DNA of 64,000 nt from Obrimoposthia wandeli (taxonomy: Eukaryota), in NCBI GenBank assembly GCA_977020255.1, contig CDROCS010000641.1, positions 310,001 through 374,000 on the forward strand, written 5' to 3'. Positions within the stretch are counted from its first letter, which is position 1, and each line of letters opens with the position of its first letter. Below, piece by piece: positions 40,072 through 50,558 of the stretch. Under the pieces are notes generated by a model that did no database searches, had not been told where the DNA came from, and saw only the letters and a program-made list of their open reading frames with translations. A program made the position numbers and the translations under genes.

Positions 40072-40690
40072 ATGTTATTAACTAACAATTCAACTTTTCA
40101 AGTAGTAGGTCCAAGTGGTAGTGGAAAAACTTTATTTGTTTGTAGATTATTAAATTCAAAAATGTTTAAAAATAAATTTAATAAAATATATTGGCATCAA
40201 GGTGGTGACGGAGAAGCTGGTTTAACAAACCAAGAATTTAATAAAATAAAAAACATTAAAATTATTAACGGTTTTGACGAAAATTGGATGACAAGACGAT
40301 GTAATTGTTATCGATGACTTATATCAAGAGGCTAACAAAGAATCTGATTTTAATGATTTATTTACAAAAATTGCAAGACATAGAGAAGTTACTGTAATTT
40401 TTATAACCCAAAATTTATTTCATCAAGGAGGAAATCATCGTACTCGTAATCTTAATGTACATTATTTGATTTTATTCAAAAATCCTAGAGATCAAACAGT
40501 GATAGATTTTATTGCTCGTCAAGCATTTCCTCATAACAAGAGTTATTTAATTGATGCGTTTCATGATGCTACATCTTTACCTCATGGTTATTTATTTTTA
40601 AATTTTACTCAATCATGTCCTGATGATTTAAGAATTGTTACTGATATATTTAACCGTAATGGTATTACAGTCTATAAACAAAATAAATAA
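40072..40690 (+). pseudogene. A32/FtsK-like packaging ATPase, frameshifted near 40300
   Basis: Walker A GPSGSGKT, Walker B DVIVIDD, ARH motif, ITQN. A short deletion relative to lineage B shifts the frame. Confidence 0.95.
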
Positions 40691-40710
40691 TAATAATGTT
40701 TTAAAATAAA

Positions 40711-41121
40711 ATGAATTTTAAAAAGAGTATTCTTAAACATAGTAAAAGGACAGATAAAGAAGAAGTTAAAAAATTAATAAACACTGTATTATATGATCGT
40801 AATAATAATGAATTTTCAAAAAGTTTACCTTATTTTAAAACCTTAATTGACGTATCAAAAACGAATAAAATGAAAATGTTGAAATCATTTCCAATTTATG
40901 TAGTTGATGATTTAATAAAAATTTTAAATAAAATAATTTATGGTAAAATTAAACCTGATCCTAATATTTTAAAATATAAAAATTCATTAATAAATTTAGC
41001 AAATTCACGTGGTAAAATTAATAAAAGAAACATTATTTACAATCAAAATGGAGGATTCCTATTGGCCATACTGCCCGCTATAGCATCAGTAATAGCTGGT
41101 CTTATAAGTTCAAGAAGTTAG
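40711..41121 (+). CDS. Basic core-like virion protein with QNGG/FLL protease-site-like motif and hydrophobic tail
   Basis: Lys-rich; ends NQNGGFLLAILPAIASVIAGLISSRS. xGG/x resembles adenain cleavage sites. Confidence 0.8.
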   Translation: MNFKKSILKHSKRTDKEEVKKLINTVLYDRNNNEFSKSLPYFKTLIDVSKTNKMKMLKSFPIYVVDDLIKILNKIIYGKIKPDPNILKYKNSLINLANSRGKINKRNIIYNQNGGFLLAILPAIASVIAGLISSRS

Positions 41122-41155
41122 AAGTTTTAAAAAAAAAAAAAAAAAAATTATAAAA

Positions 41156-41474
41156 TTATATAAGAGTCTTACAAAGTAACATTAATAAGAAACTTACATT
41201 AAATGTTGAAGTATATTCTCCCGATGTACCAGGAACTATTGTTGTTGATGCTGATGTAGGAATCATTACCGCGGCTGCTAGTCTAAAACAATATTAAAAT
41301 TAATTTTAAAAAGAAAAAAAAATTACTTTTCATGTTTCTTACTCTGCATATGAGCATCCATTGAATATTTATTATTCATTGGTCCTGTTTGACAAATTTG
41401 GCAATTAAATCTAAATATAAATCATAATTAAAAAAATATATATATAAATATATATAATAAACTCACGTATTCAT
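41156..41474 (-). CDS. Spliced zinc-finger minigene (matrin/JAZ-type C2H2): join(41474-41467, 41410-41327, 41282-41198, 41167-41156)
   Basis: GT-AG introns of 56, 44 and 30 nt with donors GTGAGT, GTAATT, GTAAGT; phases are consistent. Gives MNTFNCQICQTGPMNNKYSMDAHMQSKKHEKLAAAVMIPT... The third intron is optional because it is in frame. Confidence 0.75.
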
Positions 41475-41820
41475 TTTGAGTCTTGATTTATTTAAATTAA
41501 AGAAAAATAACAAAATAGTAAATTATATTTAATTTAACATTTCAATTTATAATAGATATCCTATTATGTAATTTCAATTATTGATAATAATATAATTATC
41601 TCAATTGCTACAATTGAATTGTGCCTATTTAATTATGATAGTTGCCTTAATAACGAAAATTATAATAATAATATTAAATAATTACATTCTTTCGTTTTAT
41701 ATATATATATATATAAACACGTTAAAATATATTTAACTTTTAATTCAAATAATAAAATAATGGGGATAAACAATACAAAGATGTCTAACTTATTTATAAA
41801 TTTTAATTCTTCATGCTGCA

Positions 41821-42846
41821 ATGGAAAAGATTTGGAACAATCCAGAAGATCCAGACGGTTATACAGGGTTAGAAAAATTGACAAAAAGAGTCAAACAATC
41901 AAAAACAAACACACAAAAATGGTTAAGAAATGAATTATCATATAGTCTGAATAAACCTTTAAGACGTAAATTCCCTACTAGATCATATAAAACTAATGGT
42001 ATTAATTCGTTATGGCAGATGGATTTAATGGAAATGATTCCTTATTCTTCAGTAAATAACGGATTCAAGTATATTTTAACTTGTATTGATGTATTTAGTC
42101 GTTTTGCAAGGGCAGTTGGTGTTAAATCAAAATCAGGTATTGATTTATTACATGCAATAGAATCTTTAATCGTTGATGATGTACCAGTAAATATCCAAAC
42201 TGATGAATGTAAAGAATTTTTTAATTCACATGTTAAGAAATTATTCAAATCTAAAAATATCAATCATTATGCAGTATATTCTCAATATAAAGCTGCAGTT
42301 GTTGAAAGATTTAATCGGACTTTAAGAGATCGAATGAAAAAATATTTTACTAAACAGGGTAATAAGAAATGGATTGAAGTTTTACCGAAAATTATTTATG
42401 CTTATAATCATTCTAAACATAGAGGATTAAATGATTTAAAACCTGTTGATATAAATAAGAAAAATGAATTTGATATTTTGTTGAGTCAAAATTCAAAAGT
42501 CAAAAAGAGTAAGGCCAAGTGTAAATTTGATGATTATGTTCGAATTTCTAAAATAAGTATTAGTCCATTTATTAAAAATTTTAATCAAAATTGGAGTGAT
42601 GAGGTTTTTCAAATTCATGATATTAATTATAAACAAAGTCCAATAATGTATGTTTTAAAAGATATTGACAATAACATAATTAAAGGAAAATTTTACGAAA
42701 AAGAATTGCAAGTAATCGATAAACCAGAAATATTTAGAATTCAAGAAATTTTAGAGACTAAAGGTCGTGGTAAGAATAAACAATATTACGTAAAGTGGCA
42801 CGGATACTCTGAACCTTCTTGGATATTCGCTTCTCAAATTGAATAA
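41821..42846 (+). CDS. Retroviral-like DDE integrase with C-terminal chromodomain (341 aa, intact frame)
   Basis: WQMD, QTDECKEF, VVERFNRTL; chromodomain FRIQEIL...YYVKWHGYSEPSWI. Confidence 0.96.
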   Translation: MEKIWNNPEDPDGYTGLEKLTKRVKQSKTNTQKWLRNELSYSLNKPLRRKFPTRSYKTNGINSLWQMDLMEMIPYSSVNNGFKYILTCIDVFSRFARAVGVKSKSGIDLLHAIESLIVDDVPVNIQTDECKEFFNSHVKKLFKSKNINHYAVYSQYKAAVVERFNRTLRDRMKKYFTKQGNKKWIEVLPKIIYAYNHSKHRGLNDLKPVDINKKNEFDILLSQNSKVKKSKAKCKFDDYVRISKISISPFIKNFNQNWSDEVFQIHDINYKQSPIMYVLKDIDNNIIKGKFYEKELQVIDKPEIFRIQEILETKGRGKNKQYYVKWHGYSEPSWIFASQIE

Positions 42847-43860
42847 TGTCAAAATATATTATTTTACCTAGTAATAGTTGTCCGAGTACTCAACCTAGCA
42901 ATACAGCCAATCAATTTACTGTAGATTGGGAAAACTCTCTAAATTTAGATGGTGAATGGGAGGTTGCCTTGACTGAATTTGTATTTAATTATACTCCTTT
43001 AACAATACAAACTAATTCGAAAATACTTTATAAAACGGAAAAGATAGAAATGAAAACTTTCGATGTATCTTTTGCAATTTTAAATGGATTAATTTTTAAT
43101 AATTTAAATAATGTTTTCAATTTCAAAATTACAAAGGATCAAAAATTAGAAATAAGTACAATTAACAGTATTCATCGAATGTTGTTAAAATTCGAAACTT
43201 TAGAAGAATCAAAAATTATAGGTTTTAATGAAATACAAAAAAGTTCTAGTCATGTTATAACAAGTGATGAAATTGTTGACATAAATAAAAATATTCATGC
43301 TAAAATGAGAATTACAATTTATTTTTTTAGCTGAATATGAATACGAAATAAAATTTAATCAAAATTATTTGATACAAGATAGTTCTTCATTATGTAATAT
43401 TATAGCCAGTAAATGTAATGAAATTTTTAAAAGCTGTAATATAGATTCAAACGGATTATTTGATATTTTAATAAAGAAAAATGTAAAATCAGTTTTATTT
43501 GACGAAAAACTTGCATCTTTATTAGGTTTAAATAATGTTTTCTTTGAGAAACGAATTAAAGGTTTTCAAAAACCAACACTTTCTAGCTCATATAATCAAA
43601 TGTATATTTATACTAGTTTAACAGATTCTGTCTTAGTAGGATCTGATTATGTTCCACTGTTAAAGTCTATTTGGTTAAAATCATTAAAATATCGATATGG
43701 AGATGTAGTAAATGTTAAAATTGATAATCCAATGTACTTGAAAATGAGAGATTCAAGTATTAATAGAATCGAGGTAAATATACGTGATGATTCTGGTAAT
43801 TTAATTCCATTTTCATATGAAGCAAAAACTAGTTTAACTCTTCATTTACGTAAAGTATAA
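42846..43860 (+). CDS. Minor capsid (penton-like) protein with a +1 frameshift in a T7 run near 43325
   Basis: YIILPSNS...NTANQFTV...GEWEVALTE; MYIYTSL...; IEVNIRDDSG...SLTLHLRK. Removing one T joins the two ORFs. Confidence 0.85.
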
Positions 43861-43897
43861 ACAATATAAATATATTTAAAATATAAACACATATAAA

Positions 43898-44303
43898 ATG
43901 AATACATCAATTATAAAATTTTATAGCAAAAGTCAACAGGGCGGTGAACTTCCCTATTTCATTGGTAAACAATATGGATCTGGTTGGTATCAAACTATTT
44001 CTAGATTAGCTATTCCATTTATTAAAAAAGTTGGTTTATCAGCAGCTACAAGTGCTGCCAATGTAATTGGTGAAACGGTAGGAACTGCGTTATCAAATCC
44101 AAAAAACATAATTTCATCTCTCAAAGAAAATACAATCAAAGAAGTCAAAACTTTGATTCCAAAATTAAAAAAATAATGCTGTTGAGAGTTTAAATAAAGT
44201 CGCAAATTGTGTTGAACAAAATGGAAAGGGTCTTAAACGTAAAAGAAATAATTTAAATAGTATAAACAAACGTCTTAAAGGTACTATTTTCCAAAATGAC
44301 TAG
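43898..44303 (+). CDS. Core-like protein with QxGG and GxG motifs; +1 frameshift in an A7 run near 44170
   Basis: QQGGELPYFIGKQYGSGW. The copy at 18378-18776 has A6 and an open frame. Confidence 0.85.
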
Positions 44304-45516
44304 TATAAAATCTGAATTGTGTATTTTCGATAGACCACTACCTCAAGTAGTGATTGAAAATTCAAGTTTTGAAGAAATATTTCCAATCAATTCAATTACT
44401 GGAAAAAATTTAAATGACATAGAATTTAATATTCATGCATCTGAAGAAGATTATCTGGATTTGAATGATACTTTCTTAAATATTAAATTAAAAGTTGTAA
44501 ATGAAGATGGTACTGATTTAATCAAAGATAACGATGTAATTCCAGAGAATTACATGTTTCAAACTTTGTTTAGAGATGTTATTCTAACACTTAATAATGT
44601 AAAGGTTGAAGGAGGAAATGGAACGTATACTCATAAGGCTATATTCGATACTCTTTTGAATTTTAGTAGTGATACCAAGTATACTAACCTTGAATGTAGT
44701 GGGTATGATGATGATGCAGAAAATCGTAAACAATGGATTAGTGAATCTAAAATATTTTCATTGTGTAATTCAATTAGATTAGATTTCTTTGATCAACCAA
44801 AATATTTGATTCCAGGGATTAATGTTCATTTGAGATTTATGAGAAATCAGCATAATTTTTTGCTCTATTCAGAAACTTCAAAACCAATTATTCAAATTCT
44901 AGATGCTAGATTGTATGTTAGAAGAGTAAAAGTTGATTCTTCAGTAATGATTGGACATCAGTTAGGTTTGCAAAGTCAGAATGCAGTTTACCCAATTAGA
45001 AAAACTCAGTTAGTAACATATTCAATTCCTCAGGGTTCTTTGGAACTTAATAAAGATCAAATATTCGGAGACTATCGTTTACCCAAGTTCATTTTGATTG
45101 CTTTCAAAGATACACCTCAGGGTGGTAAGGAATACAAAGTTAAATCTTCTACGTTCAATACATTTAATGTTTCAACAATATCATTAGCTAGAAATACAGA
45201 TTATCGAGAAACTTATAATCTAGATAATAACAATTTTTCATTAGCATATATGCAGTCAATTATTCGAAATATGAATATTTTAGATAAAAACTTGAATAAC
45301 GGTATCAGATTTTCTGATTTTAAATCAGGAAGTTCGATTTTCACTTTTCTATTAGCACCAGATTTTGATATAAACACTACTCAAGTGCCTAAAACTGGTA
45401 ATTTAAGACTTGAAATTAGATTTAATTCTCCTTTGACCGTTCCAACAAGTGTTTTGATTTACGGAATATTTGATTCCGAAATTCAGATTACGAAAAATAA
45501 AACTGTGATTGTATGA
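44296..45516 (+). CDS. Major capsid protein (double jelly-roll, Polinton type), 406 aa intact
   Basis: KSELCIF, IEF.I.....YLDLNDT.L, LDFFDQPKYLIPGINV.LRF.RN, LYVRRVKV, GNLRLEIRF...L..P..VLIY. Confidence 0.93.
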   Translation: MTSIKSELCIFDRPLPQVVIENSSFEEIFPINSITGKNLNDIEFNIHASEEDYLDLNDTFLNIKLKVVNEDGTDLIKDNDVIPENYMFQTLFRDVILTLNNVKVEGGNGTYTHKAIFDTLLNFSSDTKYTNLECSGYDDDAENRKQWISESKIFSLCNSIRLDFFDQPKYLIPGINVHLRFMRNQHNFLLYSETSKPIIQILDARLYVRRVKVDSSVMIGHQLGLQSQNAVYPIRKTQLVTYSIPQGSLELNKDQIFGDYRLPKFILIAFKDTPQGGKEYKVKSSTFNTFNVSTISLARNTDYRETYNLDNNNFSLAYMQSIIRNMNILDKNLNNGIRFSDFKSGSSIFTFLLAPDFDINTTQVPKTGNLRLEIRFNSPLTVPTSVLIYGIFDSEIQITKNKTVIV

Positions 45517-45889
45517 AGTAAGCTTATTGTATATTATATTCTTTATTTAAATTAGTACTTTAGAAATTTATAAATCCGGAAAAATATTATTGAATAACAA
45601 ATTTAATGGAGTATATTCATTGGATAAAATTCCATCATTAAAACCCGGAGGTTACATTATCAATACTCATACTTCAAATCTGCCAGGCGAACATTGGATA
45701 GCAATATTCGTTGACAGATTCGAGATTCGAGTGTTTGATCCTTTTGGATTCTATTATCCTTCAAAGTTGGTGTCTACACTTGAAAAAGAAAACATTCCAG
45801 TCTACTATAATCGAGTTAAATGTCAGAATCCATTAACTAAAAACTGCGGACCTCTGAGTCTTTTATGGTTGAAACTTCAACAGAAATAA
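45513..45889 (+). CDS. Adenain-like cysteine protease with a 38-nt intron: join(45513-45517, 45556-45889)
   Basis: Catalytic residues in GEHW, FDPFG, Q and NCG. ATG AA|GTAAGC...ATTAG|T ACT TTA GAA ATT gives MNTLEI; the unspliced frame has no in-frame ATG. Confidence 0.88.
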
Positions 45890-45942
45890 TTTTAAGTATA
45901 AACAAATATATATCATTTTAGTATTTCATTTTATTTTTTCAA

Positions 45943-46395
45943 ATGGCTTTTATTGATTTAGAATGTTTTATTGATAATAATGGAGAATATATTCCAAAGG
46001 AATTATGTATAATGTATGTGAATGATATGACTTGTTCATTTCATTATGTGTTTAAAAATCAAATACCATGGAGTAGTTTATCATTTACAGTTAAAAGAAA
46101 AAATCTATATTTGATAAATCATCATCATCAGTTATCCTGGTTTGAAGGTGAAAGCTCTGATATTCATATTGATGATGTTGAAACAATATTCTATGTTATG
46201 GATTCTATTGATGGAAAGAAAATTAATTTAGTGAAACGAATGTTTCCAAATTTGAGAATTGTGAATTATAATAAAAGTTTCAAAAATTTAAAGAAAATGC
46301 CAAAAAATATTCGATGTCCGTTTAGAAAACACGGAAAACATTGTGCTTATTTGAAATGTTTTTCTCTATGTATTGATTATATAAATTGTATATAA
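45943..46395 (+). CDS. 150-aa protein with N-terminal FIDLEC motif (possible DnaQ/DEDD-like fold) and a C-terminal Cys/His cluster
   Basis: Intact ORF, also present in the copy at 11064-11518. The fold assignment is inferred from the DxE beta-strand only. Confidence 0.7.
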   Translation: MAFIDLECFIDNNGEYIPKELCIMYVNDMTCSFHYVFKNQIPWSSLSFTVKRKNLYLINHHHQLSWFEGESSDIHIDDVETIFYVMDSIDGKKINLVKRMFPNLRIVNYNKSFKNLKKMPKNIRCPFRKHGKHCAYLKCFSLCIDYINCI

Positions 46396-46617
46396 ATATA
46401 TTTATTAAGGATATTTTATTTTAATATATAATTTATGTTATTTAAATAAATTTTACCATATTTCTTTAAATGCATAAGCCTGGAAAAAAAAAAAACTTTG
46501 ATCTACATTTTCACATAGAATAGTGTGTGTATTATTACGTAATACATTCTTTAACTGATAAGAGTGAACTTTCACATACCGTAATTGATTGAATACTATA
46601 TAATTCCTTAATTTATG

Positions 46618-47535
46618 CCAAATCTGACCCTTAACTTGTGGACGACCATAAAATTTTTACATGATTAAACTCGTAATAAGTTGACGAATACAACCATGTA
46701 CTTGAAACTACAAAATTCCAAATTTTCTTTAACCCTTCATCTATGGACGACCATACCTATATGGATGAATTCGTCTTCTAAAGATGAATACAACCATGTA
46801 TTAAAACTTTGACATTTAAAACTTGATTTGGTCTATATCCCGAACCCTTCATATATGACCGACCATACTTTATGACTGAATTCACCTTCTAAAGATGATT
46901 CCAACCATGTATTAAAACCTTGATATTTTAAACTTGACTTTGTTTTTAGCCCGACCCTTTCACCTATGGACGACCACAACCCTTTAGATGTGATGGCCAA
47001 CCATAGTTGACCTTAATTATACCTTCAAAGTTTCAAGTCAAAACTGAGTCCGACCCTTTGATTTATGACCGACCACAACCCTTTAGATGTGATGGCCAAC
47101 CATAGTTGACCTTAATTATACCTTCAAAGTTTCAAGTCAAAACTGAGTCCGACCCTTTGACCTATGGACGACCACAACCCCTTGGGTATGTTGGCCGACC
47201 ATAGACCGTCACGACCATACCTTCAAACCTTCAAGTCAAAACTGACCCCGACCCTTTGATCTATGGACGACCACAACCCCTTGGGTATGTTGGCCGACCA
47301 TAGACGGTCACGACCATACCTTCAAACCTTCATAACCTTTCTGAGCCAGACCCTTATGGTGTGGCAAGACACCCCTATGGTGAGGCAACATATACCCTTA
47401 TGGTGTGACACGCTATGGTGTGACATTTCTATGGTGTGACACCCTTATGGTGTGACACCCTTTAACTTGGTGTGCGCACACAAGGGGGTGGGACCCCCCC
47501 CCCCCAGTGGTCTAGACTCCATCAAAGTACCTACT
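46618..47535 (-). repeat. Right TIR with 4 copies of the 99-bp repeat; patchy homology from about 46445
   Basis: Near-identical reverse complement of the left TIR. Confidence 0.95.
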
Positions 47536-50500
47536 TAAATGGAATCGAAATAACATGAAATTTATATATTTAAATATTATTAACATATTAAAAACAACAT
47601 ATTAATATTAACAAATAATAAATTATAAAAATAACTATAAATAAAAAATGCATATGACAATTTTAATGTATAAAATTATATTATATTAAAATACATTCCA
47701 AAAATGCATTTCAAACATTCTAAATCTTTTTAAATGATTTTACACATAAAATTAAATTAAAAATAAATGGTAAAACATCCAAAATTAATATTTCAACTTC
47801 TTTGAATAAATTGTTTTAATAATACTTATTTATTTTTGTGAGTTTTTAGAGGCAAATTTAAAATTAGGAATGACTGTCGAATACTGCCACTTTTGTTATT
47901 ACACTTGATCCAAATTTGGATCATAGCTTTAAATATACTCCATGAGGATGATATGATAACACTTATACGAGTAGAGGGCAAATCCCTTATTTACAATATG
48001 AACACAACTCAGCTTTCATGTAAGAAAAAATTATTTTGAACTTTTTTATAACTGATAAAACCCATTAATGCATGCAACTATACGTCACATATTTTCCGTT
48101 TACTTATATTCATCCAAGGCCCCACTGATATAATGAACTCATGTCTTCCTAATTTGAGAATGTAATTTTTTATTTAGGAAAATGTTGTAATATTTTTCCC
48201 CAACAAAAAATCCTATAAGTGTTTGTTTTTATTTGATGTCAAATCCACGTAACAAAAATTAAACGCCTGCTAAAATCAAGAAATGTTTATTCATTATTTA
48301 ATTTATAAAAGGATTACATGCTACAATTCCAATTGAAACAAACAGATAAATAAGTACATAGATATATAAATAAATTTAAAACAACGAATATGAGTAGAAG
48401 AATGTGTATTAAGCAAAATGTTTTAGACACATGTATATTTTAAAATTTATGATTACTACATCTAATTTTAAAAAGATGAAATTTTTTACTAAAATAATAT
48501 AGAATATATGATAAAAGGAATTGGTAAAGATGACCTTAAGATGACTCAATTTGAAAACAGTTTCTGAGATCTTTAATTAAGATTTGTAACAATTCCAACT
48601 GTTGTGATCGAGTCTCGCAATGGAGACGCCACAGTATGTATACAATGGAAACATTTAATTATCTTAATTAGTAGAAATTCAAAAAAGTTCAGTTAAACTA
48701 GAAAAACTAATTAAAGATGAATGAAAGTTGTTAAAAAAAAGTATATAGATTGTTTAGCGTTTCAGTTCATTGAATAAAAATTTTAAATAATTTATTAATG
48801 TATCGGTCTATCTCACAAAATTGTACAAAAATTGGGTAAATATATAATAGATTCTGACCATAATTAAATTATTTAAAATATATTAGTATTTTTACATAAA
48901 ACATCATATCAATTATTCTACTGAACTAAATACGTTTATTTTGGTTTAATTTTGAGGGAATCAATTTTCTGTAATGGAAATGAAAAGAATCATTAGAAAC
49001 TTTGAATTGAAGATAATGTTTCTCTTGTTAGGTGTAGAATTGTCTTTAATAAAATGGATATTTTATTAACGTTCAGTTACTATTTATTGATAGTAATATA
49101 TATATTTATATTAATGCTAATTAAGGTTTAGTTTGAAATTAAAATTGACATCAAATTAGGGATTTGTATGTATGACATTTTAAATACTGTATAGACCCGC
49201 TAATACAAGGACCACTGGGGTCAGTAAATGTCGTCTCATATATTGAGATATTTAATTTCAAATTTGAAAATTTAAAAAAACTCTAAAATGCAAGTTTATG
49301 AGCAATTTTTCACTATAGATTTTGTTAGAATTTCTTTTATAAAGTCATCTAAGTAGTGTTGAATAGTATAAAGAACCTGAAACACTAGATCATTTAATTT
49401 ATTTAAAATAAATGTGTTCAAAATAATATGCAGATGATAAGTGTTTTCTATTTGCAGTCATTTATATACTAAAATTTGATGAAGTTTCTTGACCATTTAG
49501 ATAATGATAAACTCCTTTTGATCAATATTTAAATGAGTTAAAATATCAACCAGGCCATTAGCCTCAATACCACAATTTGGGCGTGATAATTAAATAGCAA
49601 AATCTGTTTCGAAATTAAAAAAAAGTATTTGAATAAGGATGTGTTGAAAATTCCCGATATTGGTATAATTTATCAAACAAAACTACGGGATTGTAGTACA
49701 ATTGTTAATTTCCTTTTAATTGAAGATGGTGATACCCATTATTATTGCGGAGTTTGTAATTGAAATATTTTTCGAACTGAGGTTGCTTATGATAAACATA
49801 AAACTCATTCTAATTTTAATACTTATACTACAACATTATTCACTATACCAGATGATAAATATTGAGAATTCACATATTGGTCAAAGTCAGTTCAACCTCG
49901 TTTTGCAGTTTACGCTGATTTTGAGACTATTTTAGAACCTGATGTGACTGTTAAACTTGTATATATATATACTCCAATTGCAGTTGGAATGTTGTTGAAA
50001 TATAATGTTACAAATACTATCAATATTTGTAATATTATGGTTTAGAGTCTAAGTTTAAGCCAATCTTTACCACATAAGAAATTTAAGTGTATGAATTATA
50101 ATTTTGATGATATTTTAAATTTAGTTAAAAGCAATAAGGATTTGACTAAAAACGCATGGGGTTATATTGTTAAAATCTATTTACATATTCCAGACTGCAT
50201 ACATAATAAAGTTGATGATTTACCTATTGGACTACATAAGATGTGTCCATCAAACCCAAAACTCCTAAATTGCTTATGACACGTAATAATAAAGAGCATT
50301 ATATAATACATTACCATCTACTCCAATTTTATGTTTTTCTTCGTATATAATAGGGCTATTTGGTTTAAACATGCATCCTTTTAAAACAGTATATTGATTT
50401 TAATTCAAACAAGCGTTCAACTAGTTTCAATAAGTTTAAATATGAATTTTATGAGTTAAAATAATTTGGTTTACGATAAAGCCGTTGAGAATCTTAAGAA

Positions 50501-50558
50501 ATGCTTGATATTAGATTATGTAATAATTATAAACGATTTGTAAAATTAGTGTCTAGTC

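Larger units (their letters stand above)
36113..47535 (+). mobile_element. Complete-ended Polinton/Maverick (adintovirus)-like element without pPolB, lineage A, 11,423 bp
   Basis: Ends AGTAGGTACTTTGATGG ... CCATCAAAGTACCTACT; 6-bp TSD TAAATG at 36107-36112 and 47536-47541; long TIRs; ATPase, INT, mCP, MCP and protease genes. Confidence 0.97.

Noticed and set aside
40270-40297. A 25-nt GT-AG intron that would repair the ATPase frameshift
   Set aside because: Poor donor (GTTTTG), and the same residues (GFDxNW) are coding in lineage B; a short deletion is simpler.
43260-43330. TTTTTTTAG as a splice acceptor in mCP
   Set aside because: No good donor upstream, and the protein is colinear with lineage B if one T is removed.
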